Source: an uncultured delta proteobacterium
GTDB taxonomy: Bacteria; Desulfobacterota; DSM-4660; Desulfatiglandales; HGW-15
Length of the DNA: 64,000 bases
Direction of reading: 5' to 3'
NCBI GenBank assembly: GCA_963707125.1
Contig: CAVPOU010000004.1
Span: forward strand, 84,241 to 148,240
Shown: piece after piece, positions 48,043 to 57,968 of the stretch
Layout: the number at the start of each line of letters is the position of its first letter
How positions within the stretch are numbered: position 1 is the stretch's first letter
Made by a program: the position numbers and the translations under genes
Notes under the pieces: model-generated
Database searches by the model: none
The model's input: the letters and a program-made list of their open reading frames with translations, nothing else
What the model was told of the DNA's origin: nothing

Positions 48043-49602
48043 TTACCTCTTCTCAGGCCGGAAGATGGTATTCCAGTCCCGCTTCATGTCCACAACGAGC
48101 CAGCCGCGCTTGGGGGCCTCCTTGAGGGCTTCGACAAGCTTGCCGGTACTCTTCGTCTTGGCATCATAGGCATATTCGCGTTCACTGTCGGTATGGTGGA
48201 CGATGAGGCCGAAACTAGGGCGCGGGTTGTTGATCGTGGTGTACTGCAACATCGCGTGGTCGCCGTCACTGTTCCCACAACATATCGTAGGTCGCCGGCC
48301 GATAAACTGATGAATGCCGACTGGCTTGCCCTCCTTGTCGTTGACGAATAAATAGTCGAGTGTTTTTGTCAGCACCGGTCCGCTGTCGCGTAGCTCGAAT
48401 GTCGTCCGCGCTGTCGAGCCGACAACCTGCTCCGGTGGTATGCCGTAAACGCGCTCCACCCAGACGCGCATGAAGTCCGCGCCGCCACCGGAAACGATGA
48501 AGTTCTTGAAGCCATTTGCCCGCAGATGGCGCAGGAGTTCCTGCATGGGTTGGTAGGTGAGTTCGTCATAGGGCCTGCCATATCGCGGATGTTTGGCCGA
48601 TGTGAACCATGCCTCCACGGCGTCACGAAACTCGTCGATCGTCATCCCTGCATGGGTGAGTGCCAAGACCTGCATCAGGCCATCGAAGTGTTCGCCTTCC
48701 AGGAGTTTTGAAAGTTCGCCGGCCAAGGCGGCTTGCACCATGGGATCCGAAGCGAGCTTGGGCTCAGTGAGGATGCGTCGGTTCAGTTCGTCGATGGCAA
48801 AGGCTGCCTGAAACGGCATCGGATTCTCCGGCCAGAGAGTGCCGTCGTTGTCGTACACGGCAATGCGTTCTGCCAGTGGCAAGAAGTCGGGTGATTCTTC
48901 CTTTGTCACCTTGGCGATGAACGCGAGGATCCCCTGTTTGGCGGGGCCATCGTTCCAGGAAGGCAGCGGATCAGTACAGTGAAGGTCATAGAGCTTCCTT
49001 TGTGCGACGCCATAATCCCCCAGCTGGTAGAGGCTCACGGATACGGCCCGGACGGTGAAGGCCTCGAATGGCTCGGCTTTCAGAGCGTCCACAAAGTCAC
49101 GGGTCCCTATACCGACGGTCAGATGAGGGTGGTAGTTCATGCCGGTGCGGGGTCCGACGAAGTTGTTCACGTAGTCCACGGTCGGCTGGCTGATCGCCCC
49201 GCCGTCGGGGCGGGGCGCAAAGGCCTCGCCGGTCCCCTGCTCCACCGCGAACGGGGCGACGGCGTCGATGATCCGTTGCTGAAGTCGGCGCATATCCTCG
49301 GTCGGCTCGATGACGATGCCCACCAACCGGAGATCCTTTTCGGCCAGGGCATAGTAGCCGATCGCATGGCATTCCCAATTCATCGACTGCTCTGCACGCA
49401 GCACTGCGGCCACAGCATTCGCGACCTCGTCGAGGTCCGCCGTCCGCACAAACCGCTGGAGCAGGGTGATGTGCGGCGCGTGGTTGGCATCGAGGGCGAA
49501 ACCGTCCGGATAGCTCTCTCGCAGCCGGGCGTTCGCCGCCTGTGCCTTCTCAACCGTGGCAGCATCTGGATCCAGCAGTATGTTGATCGCGATCAAGGTC
49601 AT
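48043..49602 (-). CDS. Fusion protein: 2H phosphoesterase (LigT-like) N-domain + HAD-superfamily phosphatase C-domain, copy 1
   Basis: AGGAAAGGAGA lies before ATG 49602. Two HxT/S motifs (HAPHITLL, HPHLTVGI). The HAD motifs are AVYDNDGTLW, VSGGG and GNSDGDHAML. Confidence 0.8.
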   Translation of the reverse strand: MTLIAINILLDPDAATVEKAQAANARLRESYPDGFALDANHAPHITLLQRFVRTADLDEVANAVAAVLRAEQSMNWECHAIGYYALAEKDLRLVGIVIEPTEDMRRLQQRIIDAVAPFAVEQGTGEAFAPRPDGGAISQPTVDYVNNFVGPRTGMNYHPHLTVGIGTRDFVDALKAEPFEAFTVRAVSVSLYQLGDYGVAQRKLYDLHCTDPLPSWNDGPAKQGILAFIAKVTKEESPDFLPLAERIAVYDNDGTLWPENPMPFQAAFAIDELNRRILTEPKLASDPMVQAALAGELSKLLEGEHFDGLMQVLALTHAGMTIDEFRDAVEAWFTSAKHPRYGRPYDELTYQPMQELLRHLRANGFKNFIVSGGGADFMRVWVERVYGIPPEQVVGSTARTTFELRDSGPVLTKTLDYLFVNDKEGKPVGIHQFIGRRPTICCGNSDGDHAMLQYTTINNPRPSFGLIVHHTDSEREYAYDAKTKSTGKLVEALKEAPKRGWLVVDMKRDWNTIFRPEKR

Positions 49603-49648
49603 GCGGCTTCTCCTTTCCTGGTAGTTCATGGTGAGTGTGTGTCTAGCT

Positions 49649-49785
49649 AATATGTAGATGTGTGGTTCTTCTTATCTCACATTTCCGATGATGGCCAGAA
49701 GCTTGAGAGAGATCAAGAAGGGTGCACGGGGGTTGGACCCGCTTTGCCGTCTCTGTTGTTTCCGAGCTGGCCATGGCATTTCTTG
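49649..49785. repeat. ~137-bp repeat shared with 53539-53686 (includes the 3' end of a SEC-C-motif reading frame)
   Basis: aatatgtagatgtgtggttcttcttatctcac.atttccgatgatggccagaagcttgagagagatcaagaagggtgcacgggggttggacccgctttgccgtctctgttgtttccga.ctggccatggcatttcttg is nearly identical in both copies. Confidence 0.75.
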
Positions 49786-51010
49786 TATGAGCGCTGCGCA
49801 GGGGCAGGAGGCGTTGCGGCGGTTTGCGAAAGTTTGCGGCGGGGCTTCCTCCTGCGCGAGCAGCTCTATGATTTTCGGAGACGGCGCGCGTCGAATGAGT
49901 AACTCGGTGAGAATTTTCAGCGAGGTCGGGCGTGCGTAAAAAACGATTTATAGCCGCACACAGGTAATTGAGTGCGGGCTCGCATCGGGGGTGGTCAAGA
50001 ACGATTTTAGGGGCACTCGGTGGCAGGCAAACAAATACTGGCATTGACGACAAGAACGGACAGGTTCGCGCTTGTCTGACGAACTTGTGCTGCTTTCCGA
50101 GTCCACGAGCTCGAAAGGGAGTTTGCATTATATTCCAGATAGTAGTCCGGTTCCACGAAGTGATCACAGGAATAGAGATCGCCGTTGTGCTCCAGTGCTA
50201 TGCCCAGGCCGCAGGTGGGACCGAAAATGCATAACGTTCCCGCCATCCCAGCCATCCGGCCAGGGCTCCGTCGAAATTGAGGACGAAGGTCCGCCCACAT
50301 CCCTTTCACCCATTCGTCAAAGATCTCAATCAAAAACCGGCCGCACTTCCCCGCGCTGAACGGATCGGTCGTGACCTCGTGCTTTCCTGAACGCGCTTCA
50401 TTTTTCCGCTCCACAATGGGGATGAACTGGAGATACGGACGTCGATTCATCCTGAAGAACCGGTAGACTTCTAGAGGATGATCAGCGTTCTGGCGTTGAC
50501 GGTGCAAAGGACATTGAACGCGACGCTATGTTCTTGCAGCAGCTTGGCCCCTTGACCGCTCGTTCGCATGTCTCTCGGCCGCCTTTATCTTTGCGGTAGA
50601 AGTCGTGCAGCTCTTAGGCCCGTCGAGACTGAGTCCGATCAAGAAGCCGTTTTCTCGAAAGATGACACCACTCCTCATCAAGCAAAACGCCGTTGGTCTG
50701 GAAGGTGTTCTCGATCCAGGTGCTGGGACGGCGGTATTTTCTGAAGCTCCAGGGAGCGCCGAAAGAAATCTAGCCGCATCAGCGTCGGCTCTCCGCCCTG
50801 CCAGGCCACGGTGACTTGAGGAACCTGATGAGCTTCCAGGAGCTGCTGGATATACGGGTCGAGAACCTCTTCCGACATCCGGAAATACCCGGATAAAGCC
50901 CTTCTCTTGAGGAAAAAACATAAGCACAGTGAGGTGCAGGCCGATCCTGTGGCTTGGCATGATATGGAAGGCGGTGGAAACTTTTGGAGGCGTGGTTTGT
51001 ATTCATTGGT
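49713..51010 (-). pseudogene. Anaerobic sulfatase-maturating enzyme (radical SAM, AslB/AtsB-like) with multiple frameshifts
   Basis: Pieces lie in three frames: ..AKP/GSACTSLCLCFF..RMSEEVLDPYIQQLLEAHQVPQVTVAWQGGEPTLMRLDFFRRSLELQK.. (50678..50878); ..FLIGLSLDGPK..; ..HPLEVYRFFR..LQFIPIVER..FDEWV..LCIFGPTCG..LEHNGDLYSCDHFVEPDYYL.. (50007..50507); ..CRQCQYLFAC..ALNYLCAA..; and a SEC-C-like ..NASCPC..KKCHGQ tail. Confidence 0.65.
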
Positions 51011-51137
51011 TTCCTTGGTTGAGGGATGTTCATATGGCCGTGGGGCTTGCAGGGCTTCATGGAGGTGCTACTTTTCTTGTCAGGACCGGCAGCGCGCTCG
51101 CGCTGCCGGCTCCGATCCTGTTACTGCCGCGCCATAA

Positions 51138-53417
51138 TCATGCGCATCTCGGCTCGCTATCTTCGATCACATCGCCGCTGACGTCGAACGTCACCTGTGG
51201 ATCGTACGGTGAACCAAAGGGCGGCTCGTAGAACGGCGCACCGGCGCGCCAGGATCGGCGCCGACGATCATCGCTCCGGTTAGCCCCAAGGTGAAAGGCG
51301 TGGTGTGAGGGAAATCGGCCTGGCCGACGAGTTTGCCATCGATGTAGAGCTGGGCGCGGCCGGGAGTGCCCTTGCCATTGGCGAAGTCCGGCGGGCCGGT
51401 CACTTCGAATTCGAAGCGCAGATCGTGGCGCTGGCCGGGATCGGGACGGTGCTCGCCACCTGCAGATAGTCGCGAGCCACGTAATTTTGAACGTATGGAG
51501 TTTGCCATCTTGCACGTAGAACGAATAGCCGCCATCCACGCCTCCAAAAGAAACGAGAGCCCTTCCGCTCCGCCCGAGGGGATCTCCACGTCTGCGGTGA
51601 TGCTGTGCGTGCGGTTGAGTGTAATCGCTCCGGCATTATAAGGCACAGCCTGCGTGTGCGGGTAGAAGGTGTAATGCGTGCGGTTCTTGGTGAGCTGCGG
51701 GCGTTCATCCGCGTAGCGCTGCACGCCGCGGCCATCCACCGGAAGCACGTGGTATTTCCCTGCTTCGACATACCAGGTAGCGATCATCTCGATCAGCTTG
51801 GAGCGGTTCCCTTCGGCGATGTTATGGTTTTCGGCGAAATCCGCGTCCACATGGTAAAGCTCCCAGCTTCTAGCATCCAGCTCGGTCAGTTTTCAGCCGG
51901 GATCGGATTCCAAAACCGGTACCTGCCTCGGTGAACGAAGGGCCGGGCCAGGGGCAGACTGCCCGCCAGCCATCGTGGTAGATGGAACGGTGGCCGAGCA
52001 TTTCGAATACTGGGTGTGATGCTTGCTCTCGGCTTGGGCATCATCGAGAGTATGCGCGAAACTGACACCCTCGATCGGGGATTGCTGGACGCCTTTGATA
52101 GAGGCAGGGGGTTCCAATCCGACGAGTTCCAGCACCGTAGGCATCCAGTCGATGACATGCGCATACTGGGTGCGCACCTCGCCCTGGCTTTGAAGCCGCT
52201 GGGGAAGTGCACGATGAAGGGATCGCAGATCCCACCCCGATAGGTCTCGCGCTTCCAACGGCGGAACGGTGTGTCGCCCGCCCACGTCCAGCCCCAGGGA
52301 TAATGGTTGAAAGTGGTCGGGTCGCCCAGCTCGTCAATGTGCTTGATATTCGTTTGCAGGTCTTCTTTCACGTTATTGAAGAACAGATTCTCGTTGACCG
52401 AGCCGGTCGGTCCGCCTTCGGATCTGGCGCCGTTGTCGGAGACTAACATGATCAAGGTATTGTCAAACTCGCCGAGTGGATTTCAGGAAGTCAAACATCC
52501 GGCCCAGATGGAAGTCGGTGTGCTCCATGAAACCGGCGTAGACCTCCATCATATGGGCGTACAACCTCTTTTCGTCCGCCGAAAGCGTATCCCACTGCGC
52601 CACATCGGGATCGTGCCGGGACAGCTCGGCATCCGCCGGGACGAGGCCCATCTCTTTCTGGCGGGCGAAGGTCTTTTCGCGGTACACATCCCAGCCCTCG
52701 TCAAACTGCCCTTTATACTTGTCCGACCATTCCTTGCGCACTGATGCGGTGCGTGCATAGCGCCGGGAGCAAAATACATGAAGAAGGGTTTATCAGGCGC
52801 CACCTGCTTGGCGTCGGCGATGAAGCTGATCGCCTTGTCCACCAGGTCCTCGGTGAGGTGGTAGCCCTCTTCGGGTGTCTTGGGAGGCTCCACCTGGTGG
52901 TTGTCATAAACCAGCTCGGGGTAATACTGGTGGGTCTCGCCGCCCATGAAACCGTAGTAACGCTCGAAACCGCGTCCCAACGGCCAGCGGTCATACGGTC
53001 CGCAGCCGAAATCTGGTCGGCCGGAGTCAGATGCCACTTGCCAACGGCATAGGTGTTATAGCCGTTCTGCAGCAGGATCTCCGAGAGGAAACCGTTCTCG
53101 AAGGGGATGTTCGCGTTATACCCGGGAAACCCGTCGAACCTTCGGTATGCAGGCCATGGCGTTGGAATGATGATTGCGCCCGGTAGGATGCAGGCGCGCG
53201 TGGGCGAGCATAACGCCGTGGTATGCATATTGTTGAAACGCAGACCGTTTTCCGCCAGGGCATCCATATGGGGGGTTTTGATCGGGTTGCCGTAACAGCC
53301 AAGCTGCCCAAAGCCGACATCATCCAGCACGATGAACAGGACGTTTGGCGCCCCTTCCCGGGCGCGCGTGGGCTCGGGCCAGGCCTGTAGAGGTGTCGAA
53401 CGTGCGGCCGACAACAC
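51138..53417 (-). pseudogene. Large (~760 aa) arylsulfatase with at least five frameshifts
   Basis: Seven overlapping ORF pieces are collinear with one sulfatase: ..NVLFIVLDDVGFGQ..TTALCSPTRACIL..(52713..53417); ..PYDRWPLGRGFERYYGFMGGETHQYYPEL..(52549..53037); ..KEWSDKYKGQFDEGWD..(52463..52741); ..MLVSDNGA..(51886..52455); ..VIDWMPTVLEL..(51893..52285); ..WYVEAGKYHVLP..(51191..51850); ..VTFDVSGDVIED (51138..51539). Confidence 0.75.
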
Positions 53418-53538
53418 CGTTAAAGGCAGTTCCGGGCTTGCACTCTTTTAGGGACATAGCGATAGCCTCCTTATTAGGAAATTAGAAATCTACAACCGAT
53501 AGGAATATCTTCAACCTAGTTTCCGCTCGTGCCATTCA

Positions 53539-53706
53539 CATTGCGCCGAATATGTAGATGTGTGGTTCTTCTTATCTCACCATTTCCGATGATGGCCAGA
53601 AGCTTGAGAGAGATCAAGAAGGGTGCACGGGGGTTGGACCCGCTTTGCCGTCTCTGTTGTTTCCGATCTGGCCATGGCATTTCTTGAATTTGAGCCCGCT
53701 GCCGCG
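53539..53706. repeat. Second copy of the 49649-49785 repeat, extended by a degenerate SEC-C-motif remnant
   Basis: The - strand reads ..[32 protein letters not shown] (CPC lost). 53669-53706 is also shared with 56320-56357. Confidence 0.7.
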
Positions 53707-53743
53707 GGCATCTCGCGAGCCCCCCTTGATAGCCAATTCTTTG

Positions 53744-55525
53744 CTAAAACCCATAAACCAACGGTGCCAGTGTCAGCACCACCGCACCGATTATGAGAGT
53801 GAGCGGCACCCCGACTCGCGCAAAATCCCCGAAGGTGTAGCCACCGGGTTCCTGGACCATCAGGTTCGTTTGAAAGCCTGCAGGGTTGATGAAGGCACAG
53901 GTAGAGGCACTCATCAATACCATGGCGAACGGCATGAAACTCACCCCCAGACTGTTGGCCAGGGATAAGGCCACCGGAAACATGAAGGCGGCGGCGGCGG
54001 CGTTCGTAATGATGTTCGTCATGAGGAGGGTGCCCACATAGACGGCGCTGAGGGCTATCACGGGACTGCTGCCGCCAATGCCGGCAATGACGCTAGCGAA
54101 TGCTGCAGACAGGCCACTGTTCGTCACCGCGGCTTCCAGGCCCACTGCGGCGCCCAAAACCACGATGGTTTGCCAGTCCAAACTACCCCACACCCTGCTG
54201 CTGGTCAGGCAGCCGGTGAGGAGCATGGCGCCTGTGGCCAGCAGGGCGGCATTGAGCATGCTCATCAGGCCAGTGGCCGTCACCGTCACCATGGTTGCCG
54301 TGATCACCGTGGCGATCACGGCCCTGTCCACCCGCTGCACCCGGTATCCTTCCAAGCGCCGCGTCAGGATAAAATCCAATTCCCGGCGGTTTTCGTAGAA
54401 GAAGGCATCGCTGACTTCGACGATGGCGGCATCTCCCGGTTCCAAGCGGAGCTCCGCCAAAGGCTGCGGCGGCGCCTGGCCGTGGCGGGAAATGCCCACC
54501 AGCATCATTTCGTAAGGGCTTCCGGGCAGCGGCAGGTCGGCTATCCGGTGCCCGATGGCCGGCGACCGGGCAGAGATAACGAGTTCGACGAGATGATGCT
54601 GGTAGCGCTTGGTCCTCATGGGGCTGGCGAAGACGGGGACCAGGCCCAGAGTCGTCCACAACTCGGGGAGGACGTCGGCCTGGGCGTAAAAGGTGAGCAC
54701 ATCTCCGGCTTCCAGCCTGCAGTGCGGCCCGGTTTCGATGGGAGTTCCCTGGCGGGTGACGGCTTCCAGGGTATAGCCGATGGGTTTCGCAAAACCAGCT
54801 TCCAGGAGCGTCTTACCCGCTAAAAAGGAATTTTCCTCCACCGCCAGTTCGCTCCGGTAGATACGTTTTTGTACGCCTGCCTCATCCTGACTTGTCCGGT
54901 CCGGTAAAAGACGCGTTCCCAGCAAAATCATAAAGGCCAACCCTGCCAGAGTTGCGGGCATGCCGATCCAGAAGGGATCGAACACCCCCAGGGGAGCCAT
55001 TCCCTTCAGTGTCCCTCTTTCCAAAGCGCTTGACACCAGACCGCCAATGATCAGGTTTACCGATGAGCCGATCAGGGTCATGCTCCCGCCCAAGATTGCC
55101 ATGAAACTAAGCCCCATGTATATCTTGGAACCTGCCAAACCGGTGGCGCGCGCTAAAGAACGCACCACCGGAATCATCATTGCCACCATGGGCGTATTGT
55201 TCAATAGGGCACTCCCCAGGGCCATCGGTGGAAAAATTCTGATTTGGGCCGAGGTTACGGATTCCGGCCGGCCGACGAGCCGCTGCGACAGGAGAGATAT
55301 AGCGCCGGTGGCGTACATGCCCGCAGCCACGGGAAACAAGGCGGCCACCGTCATCACTCCGGTATTGCTGAATCCTGTCAGGAGCGCTTCGGCCGGGGCC
55401 AATTTCAAGGTCATGGCCGTGGTCAAGGTTCCCATGAAAACCAGCCAGGCCGGAAAGCGGCCCCAAGCCAGAAACGCAAACATTATGACCAGAATGCTCA
55501 CCATCAGCCAGGCGTTCACCGACAT
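53744..55525 (-). CDS. SLC13/DASS-family anion permease with central TrkA-C domains
   Basis: 593 aa. N- and C-terminal multi-TM halves flank two TrkA_C-like segments (..LAGKTLLEAGFAKPIGYTLEAVTRQG..LEAGDVLTF.. and ..IGHRIADLPLPGSPYEMMLVGISRHG..LEPGDAAIV..). Confidence 0.8.
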   Translation of the reverse strand: MSVNAWLMVSILVIMFAFLAWGRFPAWLVFMGTLTTAMTLKLAPAEALLTGFSNTGVMTVAALFPVAAGMYATGAISLLSQRLVGRPESVTSAQIRIFPPMALGSALLNNTPMVAMMIPVVRSLARATGLAGSKIYMGLSFMAILGGSMTLIGSSVNLIIGGLVSSALERGTLKGMAPLGVFDPFWIGMPATLAGLAFMILLGTRLLPDRTSQDEAGVQKRIYRSELAVEENSFLAGKTLLEAGFAKPIGYTLEAVTRQGTPIETGPHCRLEAGDVLTFYAQADVLPELWTTLGLVPVFASPMRTKRYQHHLVELVISARSPAIGHRIADLPLPGSPYEMMLVGISRHGQAPPQPLAELRLEPGDAAIVEVSDAFFYENRRELDFILTRRLEGYRVQRVDRAVIATVITATMVTVTATGLMSMLNAALLATGAMLLTGCLTSSRVWGSLDWQTIVVLGAAVGLEAAVTNSGLSAAFASVIAGIGGSSPVIALSAVYVGTLLMTNIITNAAAAAFMFPVALSLANSLGVSFMPFAMVLMSASTCAFINPAGFQTNLMVQEPGGYTFGDFARVGVPLTLIIGAVVLTLAPLVYGF

Positions 55526-55561
55526 AGTCTCTCCTTACCGTCATAAACCTGACAAGTTACT

Positions 55562-55731
55562 TTACAGGCTCTTATGCAGGGCCTCGCCCTTGATCCGGCG
55601 AACCTCTTTGTCGTCCGGGTTCAAGAGGTAAGCGCAGTTGACCAGTTGAGCAGCCCAGGCGTATTCCTTCTTCCCTCTGGCTTGTCTGGCATGGACGATC
55701 ACCTTGTCCTTGCCTCCCATCAAATCCAGCA
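55562..55731 (-). pseudogene. Fragment of an alkyl/aryl-sulfatase (MBL-fold, dimerisation-domain region)
   Basis: The - strand reads LLDLMGGKDKVIVHARQARGKKEYAWAAQLVNCAYLLNPDDKEVRRIKGEALHKSL*. This resembles the ..GG.dkvl..A......G.Y.WaaeL.n..v...P.n..ar.l.a.al..L segment. It is cut at its 5' side by the family 3 repeat. Confidence 0.45.
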
Positions 55732-56044
55732 GTAACGTTCAAAAGTGTATGAATGGGACCGACTGATCTGGGCAGGCCTGGAACCTTTTCCTTCGTTCCA
55801 AGGCCGCCCGGGGCGGCCAAGTCTCCCGGGCTGGTCTTTTCTACGGTTTTTCGACGGGGGAGTTCTGCCCCCTCCCGCTGTTCCCCTCGCGTCCGCTTGG
55901 GGCCAGGGGTTTCCCCCATCGATAAACCGTGAAAAGACGGCGCCCTCCCGACAGTCACTCCGGAAAAGGCCCCAGCCCTGTCCGAGGCGCTGTTTCAGAT
56001 GTCACATCTTCTGCTAAGCCCATGCAAACACTTTTGAACGATAC
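55732..56044. repeat. Family 3 MITE-like element, full copy (313 bp)
   Basis: TIR GTAACGTTCAAAAGTGT / CACTTTTGAACGATAC. The sub-terminal ..gggcaggcctggaacc.. / ..ggccccagccctgtcc.. are as in 45644-45905, but the interior differs. Confidence 0.7.
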
Positions 56045-56155
56045 CAATCCAGCAGGCGTTCGGCTTCTTGTTTGAGCGGAAGTCAAAAGATCTGCGTAGC
56101 GTCCTGATCTTACCACCCCATGATGAAGTGCCTCTTATCGGATCGAGGGTAAACA

Positions 56156-56299
56156 AAATTTGTGCCAAGAGGATCGACAGGCCGATTATTGACACAATGA
56201 ATTGATATGATTTGATATTCATGGAGGAATAAGATTTCCCGATCCGGAAGGCGATGGTCCGGTTTTCGTGGCATGTAGAGGAAGCGTTAAATATCACGG
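56156..56299. repeat. ~145-bp non-coding repeat, copy 2 (see 27566-27709)
   Basis: Direct comparison with copy 1, same orientation. Confidence 0.75.
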
Positions 56300-56424
56300 G
56301 AAACACGGTTCCGGCCATGGCATTTCTTGAATTTGAGCCCGCTGCCGCAGGGGCAGGGGGCATTGCGGCCGATTTTCTCAGGGCCCGCCTCCGCCCGCCC
56401 ATCGGCCTTGGCCAGCAGGGTCAT
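56287..56424 (-). CDS. Small SEC-C-motif ORF (45 aa) or the 3' remnant of a larger SEC-C-tailed gene
   Basis: [45 protein letters not shown] contains an intact CPCGSGxKxKKCHG metal-binding motif. The frame stays open upstream into the neighbouring gene, so the start is uncertain. Confidence 0.4.
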   Translation of the reverse strand: MTLLAKADGRAEAGPEKIGRNAPCPCGSGLKFKKCHGRNRVSRDI

Positions 56425-56465
56425 CACCTGCGCAGCCGGCCGCGGCGCACACCAACGAAGCGCGG

Positions 56466-56825
56466 TTAGTGTTCCAGGCCGTCGTTGATGATGCCCAGGA
56501 CCTTCGGCGGCACCTCGATGACGGCCGGGCCCGTCTGCTTCAGGTCGAGGCTGAGGCTGGTGTAGATGCTCTCGGTGTTGTAGGTCAGGCCGATGGCGAT
56601 CGACTTGCCTTCACCCGGCTCGACGTACACGATCATGCCCCCGGTCTCGCTGACTCCGTAGTCGCGCGGGTGCGCGTCCAGAAAGGCCTGCATCGACATC
56701 GCGGGCATGAAGTCGAGGTAGGCCTGCGCGGCGCGCTGCAGGTCGAGTTGGTCGTAGAGCTTGCGAATGGTCTCTGCCGTCGGATAGCCGCCTTCGTATC
56801 GCAGTTCGTCTAGATTGCTGATCAT
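56466..56825 (-). pseudogene. N-terminal (DUF1254) fragment of a DUF1254/DUF1214-family gene
   Basis: GGAGGAATC lies before ATG 56825. MISNLDELRYEGGYPTAETIRKLYDQLDLQRAAQAYLDFMPAMSMQAF.. aligns with the N-terminus of the 57969 gene. It stops after ~119 aa, where the repeat/SEC-C region begins. Confidence 0.6.
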
Positions 56826-56844
56826 GATTCCTCCAAAATGCTCA

Positions 56845-57720
56845 TCAAGGGTTGGTGACGTGTGGCTGAGCGCGGGCGACCTGCTTGCGCCAGCGCTCAT
56901 AGGGAACGGCGAGCAACAGGGCGGCGAGCAGGTAGAGCAGGACCGTCCCGATGACGGTCGCCTCGTGCTCCGGGAAGGCGCCCGATGCGAGCAGCAGCGC
57001 GATGGCTGGGTGCCGGGAGACCGTGGCCGAGGCGAGCGCTCCACGGTTGCCCGGATCCGGGCCACCGAGCAGGTGCCCGACGAGCAGGCCAAACGCGACG
57101 ACGGCCAAGGTGACGACGAGCGTGCCCTGGCCGATCACGCCCAGGATCGCCCGGCCATGAACGATGAGCAGGACCACCGCGCCGAGCAGGAGGACCACTC
57201 CACCCACCCGGTCGGCAAGGGCCGCAAGCCGCGGCGCGGCGCCCGGGTAGAGGCGGGCCAGGCCCATGCCGACGGCCAGGGGGGCCGCGACGGTGACAAG
57301 AAGCACCACCTCCACGGCCAGGGGATCCAGGGCGGTAGCCACTCCGAATATCCGGTAGGCGATCCAGATCATGAGCGGAACGACCAGGAGCGCGACGCCG
57401 GATGACAGGACCTGCAGGCCGATGACGTAGTCGCTCTGGCCGCCGACCGCGGCTCCCTTCTTGGCCCACGGAGGCAGCACGGGCGAGACCGCGCACCCCA
57501 GCAGCACCGCGCCAACGCCCGCCTGGAGCGGCACCAGCCACACCAGCACGAGCACGAAGGCGGGCAGCGCCACGTACATCGCGACCATGGCGCGAAGGGC
57601 CAGCGCCGGCCTGCGCAGCAGCAGCAGCGGCTGCTCCAGGCGCGCCCGGATGCCGATGGCAACCACGAGCAGCACCACACCCAGGAGCAGCACCAGCTTG
57701 AGGATCGTCTCAGGATTCAC
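56845..57720 (-). CDS. Polytopic membrane transporter (bile acid:Na+ symporter / SBF-like fold suspected)
   Basis: 291 aa with ~9 hydrophobic segments. The family assignment rests on overall look only. Confidence 0.55.
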   Translation of the reverse strand: MNPETILKLVLLLGVVLLVVAIGIRARLEQPLLLLRRPALALRAMVAMYVALPAFVLVLVWLVPLQAGVGAVLLGCAVSPVLPPWAKKGAAVGGQSDYVIGLQVLSSGVALLVVPLMIWIAYRIFGVATALDPLAVEVVLLVTVAAPLAVGMGLARLYPGAAPRLAALADRVGGVVLLLGAVVLLIVHGRAILGVIGQGTLVVTLAVVAFGLLVGHLLGGPDPGNRGALASATVSRHPAIALLLASGAFPEHEATVIGTVLLYLLAALLLAVPYERWRKQVARAQPHVTNP

Positions 57721-57968
57721 GGTCTCTCTCCTCCGTCAGTTGAAGGGACACCTCGGCAACAGCCGCTGGCTGCAGAAACGAGGCGACAACTACCTTGACG
57801 CGCGCCGATCCGCAGGCGGCCAGCCCGAGTCACGGCGCCACCACGCCGGCCAGGCGCAGTGGCCACGCGATGGCTGCGCGCGGGGTGGGGCGGGGAACGA
57901 GGCGATTCATGGTCATGTCGTTCTGCATGGGGTTCTCCTTGCAAGCGTCAAATTGTTTGCTCTTCAAC

